Assembly: GCA_964513145.1 (NCBI GenBank)
Contig: CAZELK010000005.1
Location: 21,488-85,487, forward strand
From: Candidatus Woesearchaeota archaeon
GTDB lineage: Archaea; Nanobdellota; Nanobdellia; SCGC-AAA011-G17; JACPIM01
Direction of reading: 5' to 3'
DNA: 64,000 nucleotides
Shown here: piece after piece, positions 17,768 through 28,032 of the stretch
Layout of the letters: the number at the start of each line of letters is the position of its first letter
Numbering within the stretch: position 1 is the stretch's first letter
Notes under the pieces: model-generated
The model's input: only the letters and a program-made list of their open reading frames with translations
Databases searched by the model: none
What the model was told of the DNA's origin: nothing
Position numbers and translations under genes: made by a program

Positions 17768-18448
17768 ATGATAAAAAAAGGAGATTTTGTAGAAATAGAT
17801 TTTGTTGGAAAAATTGCTGACAGCAATGAGATTTTTGACTTGACTAGGGAAGATGTTGCCAAAGAAAAAAATATTTATAATCCCAATTTATCTTACAAGC
17901 CTTTGGTTATTTGCGTTGGTGAAGGCGATATTCTAAACAGCTTAGATGAGAAATTGATTGGAAAGAAAGAAGGAAAATTTGAAATTGGAATTAAAAGCGA
18001 GGAAGGATTTGGGAGAAAAAATCCAGCTTTACTAAAATTAGTGCCTATTAAGATTTTTAAAAAAGAAAATTTAAGACCTTTTCCAGGATTAAATGTAAAT
18101 ATTGATGGATATGTAGGTACAGTAAGAAGTGTTTCTGGCGGAAGGGTTATAGTTGATTTTAATCACCCTTTATCTGGAAAAGATTTAGTATTCGACATTG
18201 AAGTAAAAAAAATTATAAATGATGTTAAAGACAAAGCAGAGAGCATAGTCTCAAAAATCAATAACAAATACGAGTTAAAGATTGATAAAAAAGTTTTAAA
18301 TTTAAAAATAAAAATTGATGACAAGCACAAAGAAATTTTAAAAGAAAAAATACTAAAATTAATCCCAGAAATAAAAGAAATTAAATTTGAAGAAGAAAAG
18401 GAAACTAAAATAAATTCTAAAGCTGATAAAAAAGTGGATTTACAATAA
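17768..18448 (+). CDS. FKBP-type peptidyl-prolyl isomerase (SlyD-like)
   Basis: KKGDFVEIDFVG, GGRVIVDFNHPLSGKDL. Confidence 0.9.
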   Translation: MIKKGDFVEIDFVGKIADSNEIFDLTREDVAKEKNIYNPNLSYKPLVICVGEGDILNSLDEKLIGKKEGKFEIGIKSEEGFGRKNPALLKLVPIKIFKKENLRPFPGLNVNIDGYVGTVRSVSGGRVIVDFNHPLSGKDLVFDIEVKKIINDVKDKAESIVSKINNKYELKIDKKVLNLKIKIDDKHKEILKEKILKLIPEIKEIKFEEEKETKINSKADKKVDLQ

Positions 18449-18519
18449 AATAGGTTTTCTAAAATATATTCTAAATAGCAAGGCAATATTTAAATATATG
18501 ATTAGTAAATAGTGAAACA

Positions 18520-19632
18520 ATGGATAAAATGATAGAGGGTGTAAAAGAAAGGGGTTTTATTAAAAATCAAATGCCAAGAAATCAAAACCCATTAGATGCT
18601 GAGCTAGAGGCTTTATTAGCAAAACAGAAAGCAAAAATCAAGGTTGTTGGGTGTGGCGGGGGTGGAAATAATACAATTAACAGAATTTCTGAAGTCGGAA
18701 TTACTGGAATTGAAACTATAGCAGTTAATACTGATGCCCAAGATTTACTTTATACAAATGCAGATACTAAAATCTTAATTGGAAAAACGACTACTCATGG
18801 ATTAGGAGCTGGAAGCATTCCCCAAGTTGGAGAAGAAGCAGCAAGAGAACAAGAACATGAAATAAAAGAAAAGATACAAGGAGCTGACATGGTCTTTATA
18901 ACTTGTGGATTGGGAGGAGGAACAGGAAGTGGGAGTGCGCCTGTTGTTGCTGAGGTTGCAAAGAAATTGGGAGCTCTGACAGTAGCAGTAGTCACAATGC
19001 CTTTTGAAATGGAGGGACAAAGAAGATTTGAAAATGCAACTTTCGGTCTAGAAAAATTAGAGGGCACTGTGGACACATTAATAGTTATACCAAATGATAA
19101 ACTATTAGATTTAGCACCTGATTTACCATTACATACTGCTTTCAAAGTTGCTGATGAAATTTTAACAAATTCTGTAAAAGGAATTGCTGAATTAGTAACA
19201 AAAACTGGGCTTGTAAATTTAGATTTTGCTGATATAAGGACTGTTATGGGCAAGGGTGGAGTAGCTGTAATAGGCGTAGGGGAAAGCGATTCTGAAAACA
19301 GGGCTATAGAAGCTGTTGAAAAAGCAATTAATAACCCTTTATTAGATGTTAGCATTGATGGTGCTGTCGGGGCTTTGATAAATGTTGCTGGCGGTCCTGA
19401 CATGACTTTAGAAGAAGCAAGAAAAGTTGTTGAAACTGTTTCTTCAAGATTAGACCCTGATGCAAGAATTATTTGGGGGGCACAGATATCTGAAGATTTA
19501 GCAAACACAATAAGAACTATGCTTATAGTTACTGGTGTTAGTTCACCACAAATATTTGGACCTAGAAAAAAGATGTCACAAAGATTAAGAAGGGAAATAG
19601 AAGACGAATTAGGCATTGAGTTTATAAGCTAA
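18520..19632 (+). CDS. ftsZ: Cell division protein FtsZ
   Basis: [18 protein letters not shown] and NLDFAD. Confidence 0.97.
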   Translation: MDKMIEGVKERGFIKNQMPRNQNPLDAELEALLAKQKAKIKVVGCGGGGNNTINRISEVGITGIETIAVNTDAQDLLYTNADTKILIGKTTTHGLGAGSIPQVGEEAAREQEHEIKEKIQGADMVFITCGLGGGTGSGSAPVVAEVAKKLGALTVAVVTMPFEMEGQRRFENATFGLEKLEGTVDTLIVIPNDKLLDLAPDLPLHTAFKVADEILTNSVKGIAELVTKTGLVNLDFADIRTVMGKGGVAVIGVGESDSENRAIEAVEKAINNPLLDVSIDGAVGALINVAGGPDMTLEEARKVVETVSSRLDPDARIIWGAQISEDLANTIRTMLIVTGVSSPQIFGPRKKMSQRLRREIEDELGIEFIS

Positions 19633-19679
19633 AGTTTATATAGAGTTATTTTATTTTTTTCAATAGGGATTTGGCAAAA

Positions 19680-20031
19680 ATGAAAAAGCTAATTTATGGC
19701 GGGTTAATTTTATCGAGTTTATTTTATTGCGGGAAAAAGGTTAATGATTATATTATCAGGCAGAAAGAATTACTAAAGGATATAGTGGTTGCAGAATAAA
19801 TGGGGATGGATTTAATGATTTTGATGTATATTGTAATTTTCAAGAGATAATGGGGATTATACACAAAAAACTTTAATTTTTGAAATGAGGAATTTGGAGA
19901 GAATTACGTCAGGGGATGTTGACAATAATAAAACTATAGATCTAATCTTATTAAATTCTTGTGGCGAGATTATAAAATGGAAAAACCCGGGAAATATTAA
20001 CGCCCACAGATTGGATAAGCCCATAAAATGA
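19680..20031 (+). pseudogene. Small secreted FG-GAP/VCBS-like protein gene with two frameshifts
   Basis: Signal-like MKKLIYGGLILSSLFYC. Frame-hopping gives VVA(D)INGDGFNDF... and ITSGDVDNNKTIDLILLNSCGEIIKWKNPG. Confidence 0.5.
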
Positions 20032-20256
20032 CGTCCTCCACGCCATAAATGGTGTGGTTTCCAGCAGAGGTCAAATATGTCTGACTTGCATATAGTTCCT
20101 GAATCAACGACAATAGCCAAAACTGCTGGTCTTACATTATCTCAAACAGGCGTTACTTTTCGCTTGTCCAGCGATAGACTGCTGATGCAGTGAATGATAT
20201 TAAAGAACCAGCATATTTAAATGTTATTGTGATTCAGTGCTATTCATGAGAAATTC

Positions 20257-20311
20257 TCGGAAGATTTTCGGTTTCTTCGGAAGGCTTGCGAGATTTATGA
20301 AAAGTTTCCGA
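20257..20311. promoter_or_regulatory. Three 15-bp palindromic boxes, 20-bp period
   Basis: TCGGAAGATTTTCGG (20257), TCGGAAGGCTTGCGA (20277) and ATGAAAAGTTTCCGA (20297). Confidence 0.55.
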
Positions 20312-20471
20312 CATGAGATTAACTGCAGAAATGTTTAAGAAGAAAAAATGATATTAAAAAGATACCCCAATTCATCCATGTTCTGAAGAACATGGTTTTC
20401 CTGGGTACGACCGTTATAAAAACCAAAAATTTAAAGAAAAAATTTATAAAGATATTATTTTTCTAGAGACT

Positions 20472-20642
20472 ATGATAGATAAGTTTAAGAATATATTATC
20501 TGAGTATATAAGAGTTTTTAGAATAACTCATAAACCAAGTTTAGAAGAATTTAAAGGTATTATAAAAGTATCAAGCATAGGGATTGCAATTATAGGAATC
20601 CTCGGATTTATAATACATGTTGTGTGGAATTTAATAACATAA
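20472..20642 (+). CDS. secE: Protein translocase SecE (Sec61 gamma)
   Basis: Manual translation MIDKFKNILSEYIRVFRITHKPSLEEFKGIIKVSSIGIAIIGILGFII...; canonical ftsZ-secE-spt5 context. Confidence 0.92.
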   Translation: MIDKFKNILSEYIRVFRITHKPSLEEFKGIIKVSSIGIAIIGILGFIIHVVWNLIT

Positions 20643-20643
20643 A

Positions 20644-21093
20644 ATGCCAATATTCGCATTAAGAACAACAGCAAATAGAGAAGACCAAGTTATGGATTTT
20701 GTAGCCAGCAATGTGCAAAAAAAAGGTTTGAATATTTACTGCATTATTAGACCCCATGGATTAAGGGGTTATATTTTTCTAGAGAGTGAAAACAGAGAGG
20801 TAGCTGAAGATAGTTTTCATGGCGTACCTTATGCAAGGGGTTTATTATTAAACAATATTGAATACAAAGAGATTGAACATATGCTTGAACAAGTCAAGGT
20901 TCAAGTAAATATACAAAGAAATGATGTTGTTGAAATTATATCAGGTCCATTTGCAAGGGAGAAAGCAAAGGTTTCCAGAGTAAACATTCAAAAAGAAGAG
21001 GTTGTAGTAGAGTTATTAGAAGCTGCTGTTCCTATACCAATTACTGTAAAACTTGATTCTGTTAAAGTAATAAGAAGAGATAAGGAAGATTAG
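20644..21093 (+). CDS. spt5: Transcription elongation factor Spt5 (NusG)
   Basis: NGN domain LRGYIFLES; KOW VEIISGPFAREKAKV. Confidence 0.95.
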   Translation: MPIFALRTTANREDQVMDFVASNVQKKGLNIYCIIRPHGLRGYIFLESENREVAEDSFHGVPYARGLLLNNIEYKEIEHMLEQVKVQVNIQRNDVVEIISGPFAREKAKVSRVNIQKEEVVVELLEAAVPIPITVKLDSVKVIRRDKED

Positions 21094-21094
21094 A

Positions 21095-21874
21095 ATGAAT
21101 TTTTATGGCAAGGTTGCTGTAATTACTGGCGGTTCTAGTGGGATTGGCAAAAGCACTGCTTTAGAATTAGCAAGGGAGAATTGCAAAGTAATTATTATAG
21201 GGAAAACTAAGGAGAAAGTACAAAGTACATTAGATGAATTAAAATCAATTTCAGAAAATAATTCCGGGTATGTTTGTGATATTAGTGAAGAGAAAAAAAT
21301 AAAATATGTTATTGATGAAATTATTAAAAAATATGATAAGATTGATTTTCTTATAAACAATGCTGGATTTTCAAATTATAAAGAATTTGCTGATCAAAGC
21401 ACACAAGAAATAATAGACATAATTAATACAAATTTACTTGGAGTAATATTTTTTTGCAAATATGTAATTCCTTACATGGAAAAGCAAGGATATGGTCACA
21501 TTTTAAATGTAGCTTCTGTGGCAGGAAGGATAGGTTTTCCAAAATTAAGCGTATATTGCGCAAGTAAATTTGGCGTTGTCGGGTTTACTGAAAGCATTTA
21601 TTACGAGTTAAAGAAAAAAAACATCAATGTCAGTTTAATTTGCCCTGGTGCTGTGAATACTGATTTTTACAGGGATGAAAGTTTTAAGAGCTTTCCACAT
21701 AATAAAAGACATAAAAGAGTTCTAGAACCTACTGAAGTTGCCAAAGAAATTAAAAAAGCAATAATAAATAAAAAATTCGAGATTATTATACCAAGATTAT
21801 TCAGACTTAAACTGCTATTTAAAGATATTTTAAAGCCTATTGCAATGAAATATATAGAAAAATTACCCAGATAA
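21095..21874 (+). CDS. Short-chain dehydrogenase/reductase
   Basis: TGGSSGIG, LINNAG, NVASVAG and YCASK. Confidence 0.92.
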   Translation: MNFYGKVAVITGGSSGIGKSTALELARENCKVIIIGKTKEKVQSTLDELKSISENNSGYVCDISEEKKIKYVIDEIIKKYDKIDFLINNAGFSNYKEFADQSTQEIIDIINTNLLGVIFFCKYVIPYMEKQGYGHILNVASVAGRIGFPKLSVYCASKFGVVGFTESIYYELKKKNINVSLICPGAVNTDFYRDESFKSFPHNKRHKRVLEPTEVAKEIKKAIINKKFEIIIPRLFRLKLLFKDILKPIAMKYIEKLPR

Positions 21875-21939
21875 AAATTTATGTACAAAGCCAAAATTTA
21901 AGAAAGCTTTAAATATAGAATTTTTGTTAAAAAAATAAA

Positions 21940-22671
21940 ATGCCTAAGGAAAAACTTGATTTAATTGTAGATGGTGGAAAGGCTACTTCAACACCACAAA
22001 TAGCCCAAAAACTAGGGCCTTTAAAGATAAATATATCTGAAGTTATAAAGAAGATTAATGATAAAACCAGCAATTTTGCAGGTGTTAAAGTACCGATTAA
22101 ATTAAGCATAGATACTACGAGCAAGGATGTTGAAATTGATGTTGGGACTCCACCAGTTTCTGAATTGATTAAAAATGAATTAAAGATTGAAAAGGGATCT
22201 GGCATTCCTAATAAAGACATTAAAGGAAATATTGCAATTGAACAAGTTATTAAAATAGCTGACATGAAAAAAGATTCCATGTATGTTGTTGAATTAAAAT
22301 CAGCTGTAAAAAATGTTATTGGTTCATGCAATTCTTTGGGTGTTTATGTAGAAAATGAACCTGGCAAGTTTTTTGTTAAAAGAATTGAACAGGGGTTATT
22401 TGACAAAGACATAAATGAATTAAAAAAAGAACCAAGCAAAGAAAAACTAATTTTGTTAAAAAAACATTTAACTGGATTACAAGAAGCTTACAAGAGAGAG
22501 CAAGAAAGAATAAAGGCTGAAGAAGAGAAGGCAAAAGAAGCGGCAGCTGCGGCAGCTACTGCAGCAGGAACAACTGGAGCAGCAACTGGAGCAGCAGCTA
22601 AAGAAGAAAAAGCAAAAGAAGAAATAAAAGAAGAGCCAAAGAAGAAACCAGAAGCTGAGAAGAAAAAATAA
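21940..22671 (+). CDS. rpl11: 50S ribosomal protein L11 with long C-terminal extension
   Basis: VDGGKATSTPQIAQKLGPL and VGTPPVSELIK; follows spt5; Ala-rich then Lys/Glu-rich tail. Confidence 0.9.
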   Translation: MPKEKLDLIVDGGKATSTPQIAQKLGPLKINISEVIKKINDKTSNFAGVKVPIKLSIDTTSKDVEIDVGTPPVSELIKNELKIEKGSGIPNKDIKGNIAIEQVIKIADMKKDSMYVVELKSAVKNVIGSCNSLGVYVENEPGKFFVKRIEQGLFDKDINELKKEPSKEKLILLKKHLTGLQEAYKREQERIKAEEEKAKEAAAAAATAAGTTGAATGAAAKEEKAKEEIKEEPKKKPEAEKKK

Positions 22672-22680
22672 TTAAATTTT

Positions 22681-24417
22681 TTATGAGTTAAATTTTCTTT
22701 TTTTTTTATAATAAAGGAAACCTAAGATTAGCATCATTAATGCTAAAATCTCTGTTAATAAAATTAAGTTTTCATTTAATTTAGTTACTGAAACTTCTAA
22801 TCTTTTTGGTTTTAAAACAACTATGTCGTTACATCCATTTATTGCTTTTTCTATTAATGATCCAGCTTCATTAAATTTACCTTCACTGATAAAAGATTCT
22901 GCTTTTTCTATTAATGTCCTCAAGTTTTGACATTCTTCGTTTTTGCCAAATAAATCTCTCGCATACTGTAATCTAGGAACTAGCATGGTTTTATTTCCAG
23001 CACCAAATTCAATAGCATTTAAATAAATAGTTGTAGAATCTTTTATTTTAGGGAGATTTACTTCAGCAAATATAGTAATCTGGGATGTCTCATCTTTGTT
23101 TAAACTAGAAATTATTTCTAAATCTATTTTTTCTTCCGCTCCCTGACTTAAACTTGGAATAAATGTTTTTGTTAAAACAGTTTTTATATTTTCATTATCA
23201 GAAACTGCTTTTAAATTAATGCCCTGAAGAAGGAAATTGCCTTTATTCTTTATTATTAACTGCGCTATTGTTTTATCTTTTAAGAAAATTGTCTGCGTTC
23301 CTGGCGATATTACTTCTATTACTGCGCTTACTACATTTTTCCCCCCGCCACCTATACTAACTTGTGATGGATCATCACGACTTTCTATTGTTAAAGTTAC
23401 ATTATTTGATCTTCTTGTTAAATTACTGTCATTTGCTTCAAATACAACATATTCAGTTCCGAAGAAATCTATAACTTGTGAGAAACTTACAATACCGTTA
23501 GTTATACTTACGTTTATTGCTTTATTTCCTATAACTGAATAATTTAAATTATTATTTTCAAGATCTGTAAAAAAAGCTGATAAATTAATTGCGTTATCCA
23601 AACTAGTATCTTCTACCCATGACTGGTTTGAGATTAAACCTGTAAAAGATGGTGCTGAATTATTTTGGATTGAATGACCACTTGAATTATACCATATGCT
23701 CCAGTTATCTCCATCAAATACTCTTGCAGAAAATATCCAATTATCCCCATTAGTCATATTTAAGTAGTTTATTTGAGTAAAATTTTTGAATAAAGTTATT
23801 TCTATAGAATTATTGTACCATCTTGTTTCATTTAGCTGATTAGAATCTCCATCAGCATCTAAATAGTTAAGTTGACCTGTTAAATTGCCTGTTGATTTGT
23901 TTGCTGAGTGATCATTTGAAATATTTATACTTGTTATCTCCGGGATTCTATTTATAAAAATAGTATTGTTTGAACTGTAATTACAATTACTTGAGTTATC
24001 GCAAGCTAAAGCAGACCATAAATAATAACCTCTTCCTTGTGAAATATTTATTGTAAATTGGGTTGCGTTATTTGCTAATCCAAAAGAAGAATTAGTTATA
24101 TTTATCTGAAATTCCCCAGTCCAATTACCAAATATAGAGATATTGTTTATTAAGTTGACTTCCTCAGCAGTTATATTAAAAGTAATATTTGTATATGAAA
24201 AATTTGAATTGTTTGCTGGGGAATTAATTGTTATATTCGGATAAGCAGTATCAGCTACTTGGATTTTAAATATATTATATCCTGTTATTAAATTATTTTC
24301 ATAATTGTCCAAATAAAAGTAAGTTAAAGAAAATATAATTAGCAAAGAAATTGTAATCATGTCTATTGCTAAAGTCTGGTTTCTTAAATTATTTTTTCTT
24401 CTTAGTCTATTTTTCAT
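22681..24417 (-). CDS. Membrane-anchored surface protein with Ig/cadherin-like repeats
   Basis: N- and C-terminal TMs; YPNITINSPAN, NNSAPSF...EDT and FFGTEYVVFEAND; many sequons. Confidence 0.7.
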   Translation of the reverse strand: MKNRLRRKNNLRNQTLAIDMITISLLIIFSLTYFYLDNYENNLITGYNIFKIQVADTAYPNITINSPANNSNFSYTNITFNITAEEVNLINNISIFGNWTGEFQINITNSSFGLANNATQFTINISQGRGYYLWSALACDNSSNCNYSSNNTIFINRIPEITSINISNDHSANKSTGNLTGQLNYLDADGDSNQLNETRWYNNSIEITLFKNFTQINYLNMTNGDNWIFSARVFDGDNWSIWYNSSGHSIQNNSAPSFTGLISNQSWVEDTSLDNAINLSAFFTDLENNNLNYSVIGNKAINVSITNGIVSFSQVIDFFGTEYVVFEANDSNLTRRSNNVTLTIESRDDPSQVSIGGGGKNVVSAVIEVISPGTQTIFLKDKTIAQLIIKNKGNFLLQGINLKAVSDNENIKTVLTKTFIPSLSQGAEEKIDLEIISSLNKDETSQITIFAEVNLPKIKDSTTIYLNAIEFGAGNKTMLVPRLQYARDLFGKNEECQNLRTLIEKAESFISEGKFNEAGSLIEKAINGCNDIVVLKPKRLEVSVTKLNENLILLTEILALMMLILGFLYYKKKRKFNS

Positions 24418-24686
24418 TTATTCCTCTTATTATAATAGTAATAATTTCCTTTGTGGGTGATTACATCTTTTAATTTGAACTCCCTAAGATAATTGTAAAT
24501 TAATTTGTAAAGAATCTGCTGCTTATTTTTGTAATGATTATTAATTTCATTTTCCTGCATAAAGTGGGAATATATTTCTCGCAAAGTGTAAGCTAAACTA
24601 GGGTCTTTTTTTAATAATTCAAGAACTTTTCCTCTAAGTGAATTTTTATCATTTCCTTTTTCTAAGTCTATAACTTTTACAGGCAC
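24414..24686 (-). CDS. Small winged-helix DNA-binding protein
   Basis: VLELLKKDPSLAYTLREIY...YNYLREFKLKDVITHKGNYYYY. Confidence 0.55.
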   Translation of the reverse strand: MPVKVIDLEKGNDKNSLRGKVLELLKKDPSLAYTLREIYSHFMQENEINNHYKNKQQILYKLIYNYLREFKLKDVITHKGNYYYYNKRNK

Positions 24687-24730
24687 ATATTTAGAATTAT
24701 TTTTTTATATATAAATATACTGTATTTTAC

Positions 24731-24760
24731 ATTATAATACATTACTATACATTATTATAC
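24731..24760. repeat. Three 10-bp tandem repeats upstream of the wHTH gene
   Basis: attataatac attactatac attattatac. Confidence 0.6.
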
Positions 24761-25657
24761 CTTACTATTTAATAATTCGAGTTTTTTGATAAAAATCGTG
24801 GCATAAGCCCCTTTTGGCAATGTAAAATAAATATAGTCCTTTTTATGGCTTAATTCTGTTACTTCAACCAGAACATCCCGATATTGCGTATCTGATACCA
24901 AGAATGGGTGTGATCTTATTAAAAATGAATTTTTATCCAGGTGTTCTTTTTTTAATATTTTTTTATATAATCTGCCTGTTTTTCCCTTTAAATTTGTATC
25001 AAAATTTATCAAAGGCACTTTGAAGTTTTTTATTTCTTTTTTTAAGAAAACAAATTCCCCTATTGAATAAGGAATTTTAAAATTTTCATATTCTGATAGA
25101 TACTCTGATAAAACTTCATTAAATAAATACGACTGGTAAGCGTGAAAATAAAATCTTAATTTTAATTTATATGTATAATCTGATTTATTTTCAATTAGAT
25201 TATCCAATTCTTTAAATTTTTTATCAATTATTAATTTTCCAAGAATATGATTATTATGATTTATCCCAAATCTCTGCTCATCAAAATAATTCTCCATGAA
25301 ATTTGGCATGTTCCTTAACTTTTGATCAAATTTTATTTTGAATTTGTTTCCTATTAAATCCCCAAGATTAATCCTTTTATCTCCGCACCCAATAAATTTT
25401 AATGATATATCTTTTAAATTGAGTTCTGAAGTTATTTTTGGAATTGAAATATACTGTGTTGTGATTGCAGCCTTGTCTTTATTTCCCGCGAAACCTATTT
25501 GCTTTGGATTTATGTGTAATTTCTTTGCTATAACTTCTATTGCCTTTATTGTATTATAATTTCTTTTTTTTAATTTGAAATACGCATAATCTCCGTCTTC
25601 TTTAATTTTAAGTTTTATGACTTCTTTAACTTGAAAATATTCCAGTTTTTCTTTCAT
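24755..25657 (-). CDS. truD: tRNA pseudouridine(13) synthase TruD (compact)
   Basis: GFAGNKDKAAITTQ, GDLIGNKF, NYFDEQRFG and LPKGAYAT. Confidence 0.92.
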   Translation of the reverse strand: MKEKLEYFQVKEVIKLKIKEDGDYAYFKLKKRNYNTIKAIEVIAKKLHINPKQIGFAGNKDKAAITTQYISIPKITSELNLKDISLKFIGCGDKRINLGDLIGNKFKIKFDQKLRNMPNFMENYFDEQRFGINHNNHILGKLIIDKKFKELDNLIENKSDYTYKLKLRFYFHAYQSYLFNEVLSEYLSEYENFKIPYSIGEFVFLKKEIKNFKVPLINFDTNLKGKTGRLYKKILKKEHLDKNSFLIRSHPFLVSDTQYRDVLVEVTELSHKKDYIYFTLPKGAYATIFIKKLELLNSKV

Positions 25658-25718
25658 TTTACAATATGCAACAAGAAATACAACAATGTATATAAAAAGC
25701 TTTTACTTTTTACATTTT

Positions 25719-26351
25719 ATGGGGGATATTATTACTTACGAAGCCTTATATGATATACTCAGAAAAGAGAAGTATGAAAAAGAACTGCAAAAATTAGAAC
25801 CTAATTTTTTTCAGCTAGTTATAAAGTATTTAGAAGAAAAAGAAGCTATTTTAGCATCACAAAAAACTAAAGACTCTGTATTTGCAAAAGAAAGCGATAA
25901 AACCCAGAAACAATTAGATAATGTAGGGAAAATACTTAGAGAAATTTATGAAAAAAGAGAAAATAAAATAGTTCAAAATGCTTTGATTTCTTCCAGATTT
26001 AATGAAAGCAATTTGCCAAATATGTTAAGCGAGGAAATCCAATTTTATAATCACATAAAAAATATATTAAGCAAATATAGAACAAACATATTAGAAAACT
26101 TGCTTTTGAAAAAGCTACCAAATATTTTACAAGATGAAATTAAAATAAAAGAAGAAAAACCAAGTGAACTTAAAAAAGAAAATCCTTTTAGCTTATTACG
26201 AATTTTAGAACCTGTTCCACAATTTATAGCTGATGATTTAACCTTATATGGCCCTTTTGAAAATGAGGATGTGGTTTCTTTGCCCAATCATATTGCTTCA
26301 ATTCTAATTAATAAAAACAAAGCTGAAGAAATTAAGCCAGAGATTAAATAA
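25719..26351 (+). CDS. GINS complex subunit (Gins51-like)
   Basis: ITYEALYDILRKEK...LQKLEPNFF, REIYEKRENKI and C-terminal YGPFENEDVVSLP B-domain. Confidence 0.8.
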   Translation: MGDIITYEALYDILRKEKYEKELQKLEPNFFQLVIKYLEEKEAILASQKTKDSVFAKESDKTQKQLDNVGKILREIYEKRENKIVQNALISSRFNESNLPNMLSEEIQFYNHIKNILSKYRTNILENLLLKKLPNILQDEIKIKEEKPSELKKENPFSLLRILEPVPQFIADDLTLYGPFENEDVVSLPNHIASILINKNKAEEIKPEIK

Positions 26352-26436
26352 TAATTGAAAAAATTTCTAAGAGCCGTATTGGGATTTTTATGGGATGTAA
26401 ATATTTAGAGTACCTAAGTTTATTATATGAAAATTA

Positions 26437-26461
26437 TGGACTGCACCCCCAAAATTGGACA
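26437..26461. mobile_element. Solitary IS3/IS150-like terminal inverted repeat remnant
   Basis: TGGACTGCACCCCCAAAATTGGACA resembles IS150-group ends (TGnACTGCACCC...TTrGAC, recalled consensus); no partner end or transposase found in the window. Confidence 0.4.
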
Positions 26462-26472
26462 AAAAAATTTGA

Positions 26473-26598
26473 GATGCTGTTTACTATAAATATAGAATAA
26501 ATCTTCCTAAAGAACTTGTTGAAGAAAATAACTTATTAAGGAATGAATTAAAAATTAAATATGAAAATGGAAAAATTATTATTGAGAAAATGTATTAG
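26473..26598 (+). pseudogene. 3' fragment of a small AbrB-like gene
   Basis: DAVYYKYRINLPKELVEENNLLRNELKIKYENGKIIIEKMY* with no in-frame start. Confidence 0.45.
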
Positions 26599-27664
26599 AT
26601 TTGTCTATAATCTTTTGCAGAAGAGAAATAAACTCCTTTGTATCAACAAAATAATTTGGGTAAGCTTTCTTTAAATCACTACTTGTGTCAGCTCCAACCA
26701 AAACAACATCATATTCCCTTTTTCCCTGATTCCTCTTTTCTGCTTTTGCATAATCAGAGATTGCTAATTCTTCTTGACTTTTGGTATATCCGGTAATATT
26801 TAATTTTTCTTGCACGATATCTAACTCTAATAGAAAGAACTCTAGTTTTGGTTTTTTCCTTACAGCTTGTTCAAAAACATTTATAGCTTGCGTCCACCCT
26901 TTCATAACTTTAATTACCTGCAATTCTTTTTCTTTTTCTTTGATTTTATTATATAGCTCTTCTTTTTTGTCAGGAGTATTCGGTACTAATGGAGTATCTT
27001 CTATTAACGCAAGAGCAGAACTCACTAATCTAAAAAAATCCATCCATTCTTTTTGTCCTTCATTGGATTTAATTGCCTGTCTTGTAAAGAAATCAACAGT
27101 CTCAATTGCAGTAGCCCAAAGATGCTGGAGTTTTGATCTTATTTGAATCTCTATAAGTAACTTATTATAATCTTTTTTTCCTTCTTTATCACTATTATAT
27201 CGATAAATAATGTGGATGCTTCTATAACCATCTTCTTTTGGATTTTTAATGTAGTCTTTTTCACCGACTTTTTTATGTTTTAAATCTCCTTTTACATAAC
27301 TTTCTTTGTATAATTTTCGCACCAACTCTACATTAGACAGGACAGTTCTACATCCCGCAATATCTTGCATTTGGGATAGTTTCATGGTGGGTTTATTTCC
27401 ATAATACCCCCTTTGTAATTTTTTAACTATTGATGGAAGTCTTTTTAATCTCTGGACTGTAATTGATTCCACATCTATTTTTTCTGAGACTCTTTTTAGC
27501 CTTTTTTTAAAAATATGCATTGGGTACCTATGTATTGCTCTCCAATTATCTAATATAGCCAAAGCTTCTTCTACTTCTTGTGGGGAACTTTTAGTATTAA
27601 TAAAAACACTTCCAGCCCAATCAATTTTTGATTTACTAAATCCTTTTGGTTTTATCCAATTCAT
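26579..27664 (-). CDS. RelA/SpoT-domain protein (small alarmone synthetase-like)
   Basis: QRLKRLPSIVKKL, MQDIAGCR, DYIKNPKEDGYRSIH and IEIQIRSKLQHLWA. Confidence 0.9.
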   Translation of the reverse strand: MNWIKPKGFSKSKIDWAGSVFINTKSSPQEVEEALAILDNWRAIHRYPMHIFKKRLKRVSEKIDVESITVQRLKRLPSIVKKLQRGYYGNKPTMKLSQMQDIAGCRTVLSNVELVRKLYKESYVKGDLKHKKVGEKDYIKNPKEDGYRSIHIIYRYNSDKEGKKDYNKLLIEIQIRSKLQHLWATAIETVDFFTRQAIKSNEGQKEWMDFFRLVSSALALIEDTPLVPNTPDKKEELYNKIKEKEKELQVIKVMKGWTQAINVFEQAVRKKPKLEFFLLELDIVQEKLNITGYTKSQEELAISDYAKAEKRNQGKREYDVVLVGADTSSDLKKAYPNYFVDTKEFISLLQKIIDKSNTFSQ

Positions 27665-28032
27665 TCAGTTTAGGGTGAATTCTTTATTTAAAATAGTTCC
27701 TATTTTGCGCATTAGTTGATATTTCATTTATGCCATTTAAAGCTATTATAACATCATTTTAGAAAATTTTGAAGTATTTCTTATAATAGACCTCTTTTTG
27801 CGCGGTAAATTCTGGCACTGAAAAAATGTATAAACCTTAGGTAACTAATAACTAAGTTGTAAAATGCCAAAAAGGAATGAGAGAAGAATATTATAATATA
27901 AAATATTAATGTCTGTATTGGGAACTTGGAGACTGTAGAGGGTTTAAATACGAAATGCCCCCAAAAATATTTAGAGCCAAATATTAAAAAATGAAAAGGT
28001 TATTAAATCCAAATTAATCAAAAAATAGATAA

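Noticed and set aside
18795-19616. 273-aa antisense ORF and other opposite-strand ORFs (e.g. 6896-7456, 47992-48471, 16028-16393, 28014-28253)
   Set aside because: They are shadows of well-supported genes on the other strand and have no motifs.
19857-20120. 87-aa minus-strand ORF between ftsZ and secE
   Set aside because: It overlaps the + strand FG-GAP-like pseudogene and has no motif or start context.
20400-20420. 5S rRNA start (gtacgaccgttata)
   Set aside because: The similarity does not continue; the downstream sequence is AT-rich promoter DNA.
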